Shown: positions 1 through 7,258 of the stretch, one piece after another
Layout of the letters: every line of letters begins with the position of its first letter
Position numbering within the stretch: position 1 is the first letter of the stretch
Assembly (NCBI GenBank): GCA_024638215.1
Contig: JAHEKS010000001.1
Span: 195-64,194 of the forward strand
Reading direction: 5' to 3'
Length of the DNA stretch: 64,000 nt
DNA from: Acidobacteriota bacterium
GTDB taxonomy: Bacteria > Acidobacteriota > Terriglobia > UBA7540
Notes under the pieces: model-generated
Told to the model about the DNA's origin: nothing
Seen by the model: the letters and a program-made list of their open reading frames with translations, nothing else
Database searches by the model: none
Made by a program: the position numbers and the translations under genes

Positions 1-467
1 GCGGCAATCTCAAACCCCTGTCCGTGAGTGATGGCGTCGCAGGGGCAGGCCTCGACGCAATACCCGCAGAAGATGCACCGGTTGTAGTCAATGTTGTAAA
101 CCTTGGCGTACCGCTCGGCGGCGCTGATGCGATGGTCGCCGGTGTTCTCGGCGGCCTCGATATAAATGCAGTTGGAGGGACAGGCCGCGGCGCACAGGAA
201 GCACGCCACGCACTTTTCCAGGCCGTTTTCGTCGCGGCGCAGCACGTGAACGCCCCGATAACGGCCCTCGAACGTGATTCCTACCTCTTCACCCGCCACC
301 CGGCCGCGGTCCACACGGGTGTATGCGAGCTTCGAGCCGCCGGGCAAGGGCTTCCTGTTCGGGTAATTCTCGGTCACCGTCGGCCCCAGCAATTGCTTGA
401 AGGTGACGGTGAAACCCTTGACGATCGCCACGGCGGAATCTGAAATTTCCTTCAGTATGTTTGGCAT
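1..467 (-). CDS. nuoI: NADH-quinone oxidoreductase subunit I (NuoI); C-terminus cut by window edge
   Basis: Minus-strand frame is open from ATG (467-465) to position 1. It is absent from the ORF track because no stop lies in the window. My translation: [36 protein letters not shown]... It carries two 4Fe-4S motifs, [12 protein letters not shown] and [12 protein letters not shown], typical of NuoI. Confidence 0.9.
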   Translation of the reverse strand, partial: MPNILKEISDSAVAIVKGFTVTFKQLLGPTVTENYPNRKPLPGGSKLAYTRVDRGRVAGEEVGITFEGRYRGVHVLRRDENGLEKCVACFLCAAACPSNCIYIEAAENTGDHRISAAERYAKVYNIDYNRCIFCGYCVEACPCDAITHGQGFEIA

Positions 468-683
468 CCAGCCCTCGCTTGATTAGTATAGGAGATAGGA
501 CCGGCGAGGTCAAATAAACGATTCGCGCGAGGGTCGCCGCCGATTGCCGCCGAACCCATGCAACAGATGGGCCGGCCGGCGAATCTATTCAGAAGGGCTT
601 GTCAGGCCGATTTTTCGGGGTTAGATTCGGGCTGGCGCAGCGACTGAGGCCGCGATCAGCCGGTTGGAATGGAGGGACGGTTC

Positions 684-1367
684 ATGAAGCGATGGATTCA
701 CCCCTTGGCGGCCATCCTGGTTGCGGCGTGCCTTTTGCCCGCCTGGGCCGGAGCTCAGCAAGAGCAGGAAAACAAGGTAACGATCGCCGCCGGCACGACG
801 GTCGAAACCACCTTGACCACGCTGCTGACTTCCAAGACCAGCGAGGAAGGCGATCCATTCTCGGCCGAAATTGTCGAGCCCATCTTCAGCGGCGGCGAGC
901 AAGTGATTCCGGGGGGCAGCACGCTGGAGGGCCACGTGGCCTTCGTCAAGCCGCCCGGCCGCGTCAAGGGCAAAGGGGAGATGCGATTGGTGGCGGACAG
1001 AATCCTGACTCAGGATGGAATCGAGTTTCCGCTCTCGGCAGGTTTGGAAAACGCCCACGGCGCCCCGGGAACCAAGGTGACCGGCCAAGAAGGCACCTTG
1101 CAAGGCCCCGGTAAAAGCGCCAAAGACGCGGCGAAAGAAGCTGGTATAGGTGCCGGCGTGGGCGCGGGCGTAGGCGCCATCGCCGACGGCGGCACGGGTG
1201 CCTTGTACGGGCTGGGCGCCGGCGCGATTACCGGAATCATCCACAGCATCGTCAAGCGGCATAAAGACCTCGTTCTGCCCCAAGGCACCGATTTGACTTT
1301 TGTGATTTCGCGAGCCGTCACCGGCAGAAAGGCGGCCGCGCAAAAAGAGCTTGTTATTTCCCAGTGA
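684..1367 (+). CDS. secreted glycine-zipper protein, function unknown
   Basis: ORF track 669..1367. The internal ATG at 684 is preceded by GGAGGG. Signal-peptide-like N-terminus MKRWIHPLAAILVAACLLPAWAGAQQ and C-terminal Gly/Ala zipper GIGAGVGAGVGAIADGG. Confidence 0.6.
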   Translation: MKRWIHPLAAILVAACLLPAWAGAQQEQENKVTIAAGTTVETTLTTLLTSKTSEEGDPFSAEIVEPIFSGGEQVIPGGSTLEGHVAFVKPPGRVKGKGEMRLVADRILTQDGIEFPLSAGLENAHGAPGTKVTGQEGTLQGPGKSAKDAAKEAGIGAGVGAGVGAIADGGTGALYGLGAGAITGIIHSIVKRHKDLVLPQGTDLTFVISRAVTGRKAAAQKELVISQ

Positions 1368-1483
1368 CAGGCTTGTTTGACTGCACGGCACAAGGCGCCA
1401 CTGGGTCATCTCAGTCCACTCCATTCTGACATAGACACCAGTTTTGTTTTCTGTCCTCGGGAATTCCCTGCCGTACGAATGTC

Positions 1484-1520
1484 ATTCCGAGGGCCGACGC
1501 TTTCTGTCGGCCCTCGGAAT
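1484..1520. repeat. REP-like perfect palindrome (15-bp arms, 7-nt loop)
   Basis: ATTCCGAGGGCCGAC gctttct GTCGGCCCTCGGAAT read directly. It lies between convergent genes and is followed by further hairpins CCCTGAGC/GCTCAGGG (1564-1590) and GTTCGC/GCGAAC (1593-1613). Confidence 0.85.
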
Positions 1521-1613
1521 CCGCTTCATAGCTGCCCGAAAAGCAGATTCCTCGCGGAGTTTACCCTGAGCCCCTTCGCTGCGCTCAGGGCCGTTCGCAG
1601 CGGAAAGGCGAAC

Positions 1614-1724
1614 GGGCTCGGAATGACGTACAAGGGGGCTCGGAATGACGTATATGGGGGCTCGGAATGACGTATATGGAGGCTCCGGATGACGTATGTG
1701 GGACTTGGAATGACGAGCGAATAG
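1614..1724. repeat. tandem array, about 5 copies of a 22-nt unit GGGCTCGGAATGACGTATATGG
   Basis: Units at 1614-1635, 1636-1657, 1658-1679 (units 2 and 3 identical), then degenerate units 1680-1700 and 1701-1724. Units are head-to-tail with no spacers. Confidence 0.85.
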
Positions 1725-1765
1725 CCTGCCCTGAACGACGTGAACGGGGCCGGGCTGAGCGCACC

Positions 1766-2764
1766 CTACAATTTCTTTTCGATATCGGAAATGATGATCT
1801 TGCCGTGGAAGCGGCCGTTTTCGATGAAGATTTCGTTGGTGTGGCGTCCCGAAATGACGACTCCCGCCAAATAGAGCCCGGGAACGTTGCTTTCCAGCGT
1901 CTTCGGGTTGCACTGGGGCCGGTAACTCTCCGCGTCAACCTTCACGCCCGCCCGCCGCAGGAGATCAATATCCGGATGGTAGCCGGTGAGGGCAAAGACA
2001 AAATCGTTTTCCAGTTTCTGGCGCTCGCCGCCCGCCGATTCCACCAGGATCCAATCCTCTGAAATCTCCTTCACGACTGTTTCAAAGAACGCCCGGATGG
2101 ATTTTTCCTTGATGCGGTTTTCAAGGTCGGGGCGAATCCAGTATTTGATGTGCCGGCTGAGCTCCGGCTCGCGGCAGATGAGCGTGACCTGTGCCCCGTG
2201 GCGGAAGAGGTCGAGCGACGCCACCGCGGCGGAATTGGCCGCGCCGATCACCGCCACTTTTCTGCCGTAAAAGGGATGGCCCTCCAGCGCGTAGTGCGAG
2301 ACCTTGGGTAAATCCTCGCCGGGAATCCCCATGCGGTTGGGCAAATCGTAGTAGCCGGTTGCGATAACGACTTTGCGCGCAGCATAGGTTTGCCGTTTGC
2401 GCTCGCGGTTTTCGGTTTCAACGCGGAACGCGCCGTCACGCCCGCCGATCTCCAGCACCTTTTCGTCGTAATGGATGGGCAGGTGATGGTAGTCGGCGAC
2501 GCGGCGATAGTATTCCAGCGCCTCGGCGCGCGTCGGCTTCACGTTGATGCTCGAGAACGGGATGTCGCCGATTTCCAGCCGCTCGCGATTGGTGAAGAAA
2601 GTCATGTTGGCCGGATAGCTGAAAATCGAGTTGACCAGGCAGCCTTTTTCGACAATCAGCAGCTTCAGGCCTTCGCGAATCGCGTCAATGCCGCAGGCCA
2701 GGCCCGTTGGCCCCGCTCCCACCACCAGCACGTCGTAGGTCTCACTCATGGTCATCCCTTTCAC
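1766..2764 (-). CDS. ypdA: YpdA-family FAD-dependent disulfide reductase (putative bacillithiol disulfide reductase)
   Basis: 332-aa ORF. FAD fold VLVVGAGPTGLACG and second dinucleotide fold VAVIGAANSAAV. Length and overall pattern match the YpdA/Bdr family as I recall it. Confidence 0.75.
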   Translation of the reverse strand: MKGMTMSETYDVLVVGAGPTGLACGIDAIREGLKLLIVEKGCLVNSIFSYPANMTFFTNRERLEIGDIPFSSINVKPTRAEALEYYRRVADYHHLPIHYDEKVLEIGGRDGAFRVETENRERKRQTYAARKVVIATGYYDLPNRMGIPGEDLPKVSHYALEGHPFYGRKVAVIGAANSAAVASLDLFRHGAQVTLICREPELSRHIKYWIRPDLENRIKEKSIRAFFETVVKEISEDWILVESAGGERQKLENDFVFALTGYHPDIDLLRRAGVKVDAESYRPQCNPKTLESNVPGLYLAGVVISGRHTNEIFIENGRFHGKIIISDIEKKL

Positions 2765-2805
2765 GCGGCCGGCCTTGCGGACCTCGCTGCCGCTCCGCAG
2801 TGTCG

Positions 2806-3144
2806 CTATTGCGGCGGCCCCAGCAGCAACGCCTCCAGTTCCTGCTTGAAGCGCTCGTACGCCTGCAACAACTCCAGCGTCGCAGGCACCGATTGGTTTT
2901 TCCAGACGAACGCCTTCCCTTCGCGCCTCTCCACCAACATCCCGACGCCTTCTCCCATACGGTAGCCGATCTGCCCAAAGATAGCGAGTCTCCCGCCTGG
3001 AGGGTCCAGCAGCGCGACGAACCCGTTTTTCTGCACCGGCAAATAGCGCGCCACGTGTTCGAGGGTGACAAACTCGAAGCCCGCCTTCAGCAGGTTTTGC
3101 AGGATAGTGATTTGAGCTTGGTTCAATTCGGAAGGTTCAGCCAT
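2806..3144 (-). CDS. hypothetical protein (112 aa)
   Basis: ATG-initiated ORF 41 nt upstream of ypdA on the same strand. Amino-acid composition and G/C-rich third positions look protein-like. No motif recognised and no obvious SD. Confidence 0.55.
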   Translation of the reverse strand: MAEPSELNQAQITILQNLLKAGFEFVTLEHVARYLPVQKNGFVALLDPPGGRLAIFGQIGYRMGEGVGMLVERREGKAFVWKNQSVPATLELLQAYERFKQELEALLLGPPQ

Positions 3145-3331
3145 GTCGGGAAATCAAGCGGCAGCCGGAGGCGGCACGCTGGCGGGCTCTGCAACTCGCA
3201 GCCTGTTTGCACGTCCGAGCGATGCCAGGAATCTGCTTCTTCCGTCTTTGGGAACTTAAGGGATTCCTGGTCGTCCCTCGGCCGGCGGACTCCTCAGAAT
3301 GACGACTCCAAGGAGTTCCTTCGGCGCCAGG

Positions 3332-4159
3332 CTACGTCTCGTTCTCGAGCATTTCGATCACGCGGCGCAACGTCTGAATGATTTCCTCACGCTGCACGTT
3401 GTTCCTGCGGAACTGCATCACCAGCTTGAAGTCCTTGGTGGGCGGGACGAATCGAAAGACCGCGTTCTTCGGTTTCTTGTCGGGCTGGCGCTCCTCGCGC
3501 GCCTGGTCGCGCGTGACCAGGCCGAGCGCGAACCGGCGCACCAGGTCCCGCATCTTGGCCTCGCTCGGCTGGCGGCTGACCTGGAGCAGCTGCGACTTGG
3601 AGAGCACGCCCTTCTCGATGCACTCGGCCTTGATCGGGTCGGGAATATTCCGCAGGCTCAGCGATTCGGTGATCGAAGACCGTCCCTTGCCGATCTTCTT
3701 GGCAATCTCGTCGTGCGTCAGCGCAAAGCGGTCGCCCAACGACTGGATGCCGTCCGCTTCCTCGAAGGGCGTCAGGTCCTTGCGGTGCAGGTTTTCAATC
3801 AGTGCCAGTTCCAGGGTTTCCGCGTCGTCCGCGTCCTTTTCGATGCAGGGAACCTCGGCCAGGCCCGCGGCGCGAGCGGCGAAATAGCGGCGCTCGCCGG
3901 AGATGATCATGTACTTTCCTGACTCGGGCAGGTAGCGCACCAGCAGCGGTTCGAGGACGCCCTTTTCGCGCACCGATTCGGTGAGGCCTTTCAGATCGCC
4001 GCGGTCCTTGCGCGGCTGCTCGGCGTTGGGGGAAATCTGCTCGATGGCGATCATCTTGCCGATGGCGGCGCCGCTGCGCGAGATGATTTCTTCCACGTAG
4101 TGGGCGTTGTGCCGCATTTTGACGGTCACGGGCAAACCGGTGCGCCTATTGGGTGACAC
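3332..4159 (-). CDS. parB: ParB/Spo0J chromosome partitioning protein
   Basis: ParB box GERRYFAARAAGL and HTH LTHDEIAKKIGKGRSSITESL. The track ORF extends to 4303 inside parA. I prefer GTG at 4159 (14-nt overlap with the parA end); the alternative is ATG at 4117. Confidence 0.88.
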   Translation of the reverse strand: MSPNRRTGLPVTVKMRHNAHYVEEIISRSGAAIGKMIAIEQISPNAEQPRKDRGDLKGLTESVREKGVLEPLLVRYLPESGKYMIISGERRYFAARAAGLAEVPCIEKDADDAETLELALIENLHRKDLTPFEEADGIQSLGDRFALTHDEIAKKIGKGRSSITESLSLRNIPDPIKAECIEKGVLSKSQLLQVSRQPSEAKMRDLVRRFALGLVTRDQAREERQPDKKPKNAVFRFVPPTKDFKLVMQFRRNNVQREEIIQTLRRVIEMLENET

Positions 4160-4913
4160 GGTGCAGGACCTCCTTCGCCAACTTTCCGTACTCTTCCGCC
4201 CCGGAAGAATCGGGCGCGTAGGTGAAGATCGTCTCCTTGTACGCCGGGCTTTCTTCCAAACGAACGTTCTTGCCGATGACGGTCTTGAAGACTTTTTCGC
4301 CAAAAACCTGGTTCACCTGCTTCTGAATGTCGCGCGCCAGGTTGGTGCGTTTGTCGAAGAGCGTGATCACGATGCCCAGCAACTGGAGATCGGGATTGGG
4401 CCGGGCGCGCACGCGCTCGAGCGTCTCCAGCAGATCGTCGGTTCCTTCCAGCGCGTAGTACCCGGCCTGAATCGGCACCAGCAGGTGCGTGGCGGCCACC
4501 AGGGCGTTCACCGTCATGATGCCGAGGGTGGGCGGCGTGTCAATCAGGATGATGTCGAAATCCTTGCGCACCGGCGTCAGCGCGTCCTTCAAGCGGAAAG
4601 GCGCGTCAAACTGGCCCACCAAATTCGCTTCCAGTTTTGCCAATGAAATCTTGGACGGGACGACGCAGAGATTGGCGCATTTGGTCGGCTTGATGATTTC
4701 GGCGAACGGCAGTTGATGGTCCGCCAGCACGTCGTAAACCGAATGCGAAACTTCTTCCAAAGCGAAGAAGGTCATGGTGCTGTTGGCCTGGGGATCGAGG
4801 TCGATAAGGAGGGTCCGCTTCTTTTTCTGGGCGAAAGCGGCAGCGAGGTTGATGGCGGTGGTGGTCTTCCCGACCCCGCCCTTCTGATTTGCAATCGCTA
4901 TGACCGTGGCCAA
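4146..4913 (-). CDS. parA: ParA/Soj partitioning ATPase
   Basis: 255 aa. Deviant Walker A in IAIANQKGGVGKTTTAINLA, and DLDPQANST. It lies directly upstream of parB. Confidence 0.92.
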   Translation of the reverse strand: MATVIAIANQKGGVGKTTTAINLAAAFAQKKKRTLLIDLDPQANSTMTFFALEEVSHSVYDVLADHQLPFAEIIKPTKCANLCVVPSKISLAKLEANLVGQFDAPFRLKDALTPVRKDFDIILIDTPPTLGIMTVNALVAATHLLVPIQAGYYALEGTDDLLETLERVRARPNPDLQLLGIVITLFDKRTNLARDIQKQVNQVFGEKVFKTVIGKNVRLEESPAYKETIFTYAPDSSGAEEYGKLAKEVLHRVTQ

Positions 4914-4989
4914 TCCGTTCTCCGGCCGCGCACCGCTTTGGCGGTTTAAGGGGTTGCACTTGGGCGGGTCGCTTCCCGCCGCCCCGCTG

Positions 4990-5487
4990 TCACATCTTAT
5001 ACCTTCCGATATCGTCGTCGTTCAAATTTTCCAGCCACTTGCGCAATTCGTCGCTGGAGACCTTGTCGCTGGCCGCACCTGAGACTTTGGAGCTCTTGAG
5101 GACTTCGTCCTCGACGAAAATGGGACAGTCCACGCGCAGGGCCAGGGCCAGGGCGTCTGAAGGCCGCGAATCAATCGAAATGACTTGCCCGTCGCGTTCC
5201 AGCCAGATGATGGCGTAGAACGTGTCGTCGCGAAGATCGTTCACCACCACCCGGCGCACCCGCGTCTCCAAGCCCAGCAAAACGTTCTTGATCAGGTCAT
5301 GGGTCATGGGCCGCGGCGTGGCCACCTTTTCGATCTCCAGCGCGATGGCGTTGGCCTCGTAAATGCCAACCCAGATGGGCAGAACCGCCGCCCCGCTGAC
5401 GTCTTTCAGGATGACGATGGGCATGTTGGTGACGGGATCCATCATCAAACCGCGAATTTTCATTTCGACTTCCATCCGCCCCTCCAT
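4990..5487 (-). CDS. bifunctional nuclease family protein (BFN/DUF151)
   Basis: MDPVTNMPIVILKD...IYEANAIA...RPMTHDL...SRPSDALALALR pattern of the DUF151 family. The true start may be the internal ATG at 5463 (MKIRGL...). Confidence 0.8.
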   Translation of the reverse strand: MEGRMEVEMKIRGLMMDPVTNMPIVILKDVSGAAVLPIWVGIYEANAIALEIEKVATPRPMTHDLIKNVLLGLETRVRRVVVNDLRDDTFYAIIWLERDGQVISIDSRPSDALALALRVDCPIFVEDEVLKSSKVSGAASDKVSSDELRKWLENLNDDDIGRYKM

Positions 5488-5530
5488 TCAGCCGCCGCCC
5501 CGGGAATGCGCGGCGGCAAGTGAGAGATGT

Positions 5531-7012
5531 TCAGGTTGTCGCCCCCGGGCTACTCTCCCCTGGCTCCAGGCTTTCACCCACCAGGCTGTTGGGCCCGGCC
5601 GCGGTCACTCGCACGTTCATGTAGCGCCCCACCCACTCGCGCCGCCCGCTGAAGTTCACGGTGCGGTTGGAAGTGGTGCGTCCGACCGCCTGCTGTAATC
5701 GCGGCTGGAAACCTTCCACCAACACTTCGAAAGTCAGTCCGATCCACTGCTGATTGCGCGCCAGTTGAATCTGCCGCTGGCGTTCCTGAAGAACGGCCAG
5801 CCGCCTTGCTTTCTCCTCTTCCGGCACCGAGTCTTCCCAATTCCCTGCCACGGTCTTCGGCCGAGGTGAGTACTTGAAGGAGAAAACCTGGTCGTATCCC
5901 ACGTCTTCCAGCAGCGCTAGAGTTTCTTCGAAGTCCTGGGCAGTTTCCCCGCAAAATCCGACGATGATGTCCGTCGAGATGCTAATAGCACGGCGGGCGC
6001 TGCGGATGCAACGGATTTCTTCCAGATATTCTTCGCGCGTATAGTGGCGGCCCATCCGTTCCAGCACCGCATTTGAGCCGCACTGCACCGGAAGATGGAT
6101 CTGGTCGCAGAGAGCGGGATGAGCGTCGATCGCCTCGATGATGTCCGGCGTGAAATATCGCGGGTGCGAGGTGGTAAAGCGCACTCGCCGAATACCGGGA
6201 ATCTCCGCCACGCGCCCCAGAAGCTCCGCGAAGCTCAGCCGCACCGGAGCCGGGTCGCACCAGTTGTTCACGATCTGGCCCAGAAGCTGAATCTCCGTGA
6301 AACCTTCGTCCACCAGACGCCGGCACTCGTCCAGAATCCGGTCGCTCGGGCGGCTGCGCTCCGGCCCGCGCGTCATCGGCACCACGCAAAAAGCGCAGCG
6401 CTGGTCGCATCCCTCGACGATGGTCAGGTAAGCGCGAAAAGGATTCTCGCGGCCGGTTAGCTCGGTCTCAAAGCACTCATCCGTGTCGAGCGACAGGCCC
6501 ATGACTCGCCGGTTCCCTGTTTCCACTTGATCCAGCAGCTCCGGCAATCTGGCGTAGCTGGCCGAGCCGCAGACCAGGCTGACCTGGGGCGCGCGCTCGA
6601 AGATCTCTTCGCCCTCCTGCTGCGCCACGCAGCCCAGCACGCCGATGACTTTTTCACCTGGGCGATATTTCTTCTTGAAAGTTCCCAGGTGCGAAAAGAC
6701 CTTTTGCGCCGCTTTTTCGCGGATGCTGCACGTGTTGTAGAGAATCAGGTCGGCCTGTTCGTGTCCGGCGACCGGCTTGTACCCGCGCGCCATCAGCACG
6801 CCCGCGACCTTTTCCGAATCGTGGACGTTCATCTGGCAACCGAACGTCTCAATGTAGAACGTTTTGGCGCCGGGCGACGTTTGGTCTTGCACTTGGGCTC
6901 GATCCTCGGCCCCAGGCCGGGGCGGGGCAAGACGCACGTCCGCGGAGTCTGGCGAAGGATTGCCTGGCAAAATCCCCAAGGCTTCGTTTTCTAGGGGAAG
7001 ACGTGAGCCCAT
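5531..7012 (-). CDS. miaB: tRNA (N6-isopentenyl adenosine(37)-C2)-methylthiotransferase MiaB
   Basis: FYIETFGCQMNVHDSE N-domain, radical-SAM CDQRCAFC, TRAM-like C-terminus. About 45 aa of low-complexity N-terminal extension, so the start is uncertain. Confidence 0.9.
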   Translation of the reverse strand: MGSRLPLENEALGILPGNPSPDSADVRLAPPRPGAEDRAQVQDQTSPGAKTFYIETFGCQMNVHDSEKVAGVLMARGYKPVAGHEQADLILYNTCSIREKAAQKVFSHLGTFKKKYRPGEKVIGVLGCVAQQEGEEIFERAPQVSLVCGSASYARLPELLDQVETGNRRVMGLSLDTDECFETELTGRENPFRAYLTIVEGCDQRCAFCVVPMTRGPERSRPSDRILDECRRLVDEGFTEIQLLGQIVNNWCDPAPVRLSFAELLGRVAEIPGIRRVRFTTSHPRYFTPDIIEAIDAHPALCDQIHLPVQCGSNAVLERMGRHYTREEYLEEIRCIRSARRAISISTDIIVGFCGETAQDFEETLALLEDVGYDQVFSFKYSPRPKTVAGNWEDSVPEEEKARRLAVLQERQRQIQLARNQQWIGLTFEVLVEGFQPRLQQAVGRTTSNRTVNFSGRREWVGRYMNVRVTAAGPNSLVGESLEPGESSPGATT

Positions 7013-7258
7013 CAGGTTCAGTATAACGTGAAAGCCGGGGCTTGCCTAGCACCCGCTTTCCCTTTGCCTGGACTATTCAGGAATGAGATGAGCAGGAGAC
7101 GTTCACATTAGGGTTTCACACAGAGTTCACATCAGAGTGCGTTGCGGCTGGAACTGCCGGAGAACCTGCCACAGAGAGGACGAAGAGGAATTTGCAGTCT
7201 CTCCGCGATCTCTTTGGACTCTCTCCGTGACCTCCGTGTGAGACTCTCTCCGGCTTGC

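Noticed and set aside
24-443. 139-aa plus-strand ORF at the window start
   Set aside because: It is antisense to the clear nuoI frame (4Fe-4S motifs) and its Gly/Ala/Val-rich composition is typical of a shadow ORF.
1614-1724. Possible CRISPR array
   Set aside because: The 22-nt units abut directly with no spacers, there are no cas genes in the window, and the units degenerate progressively. This is a simple tandem repeat.
3332-4990. Search for canonical parS (TGTTTCACGTGAAACA) and DnaA boxes near parAB, as an origin indicator
   Set aside because: Scanning by eye found only unrelated CACGTG contexts (for example 3047-3060, 11870s) and no TTATCCACA-type boxes. There is no support for oriC in this window. 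An eye scan can miss degenerate sites.
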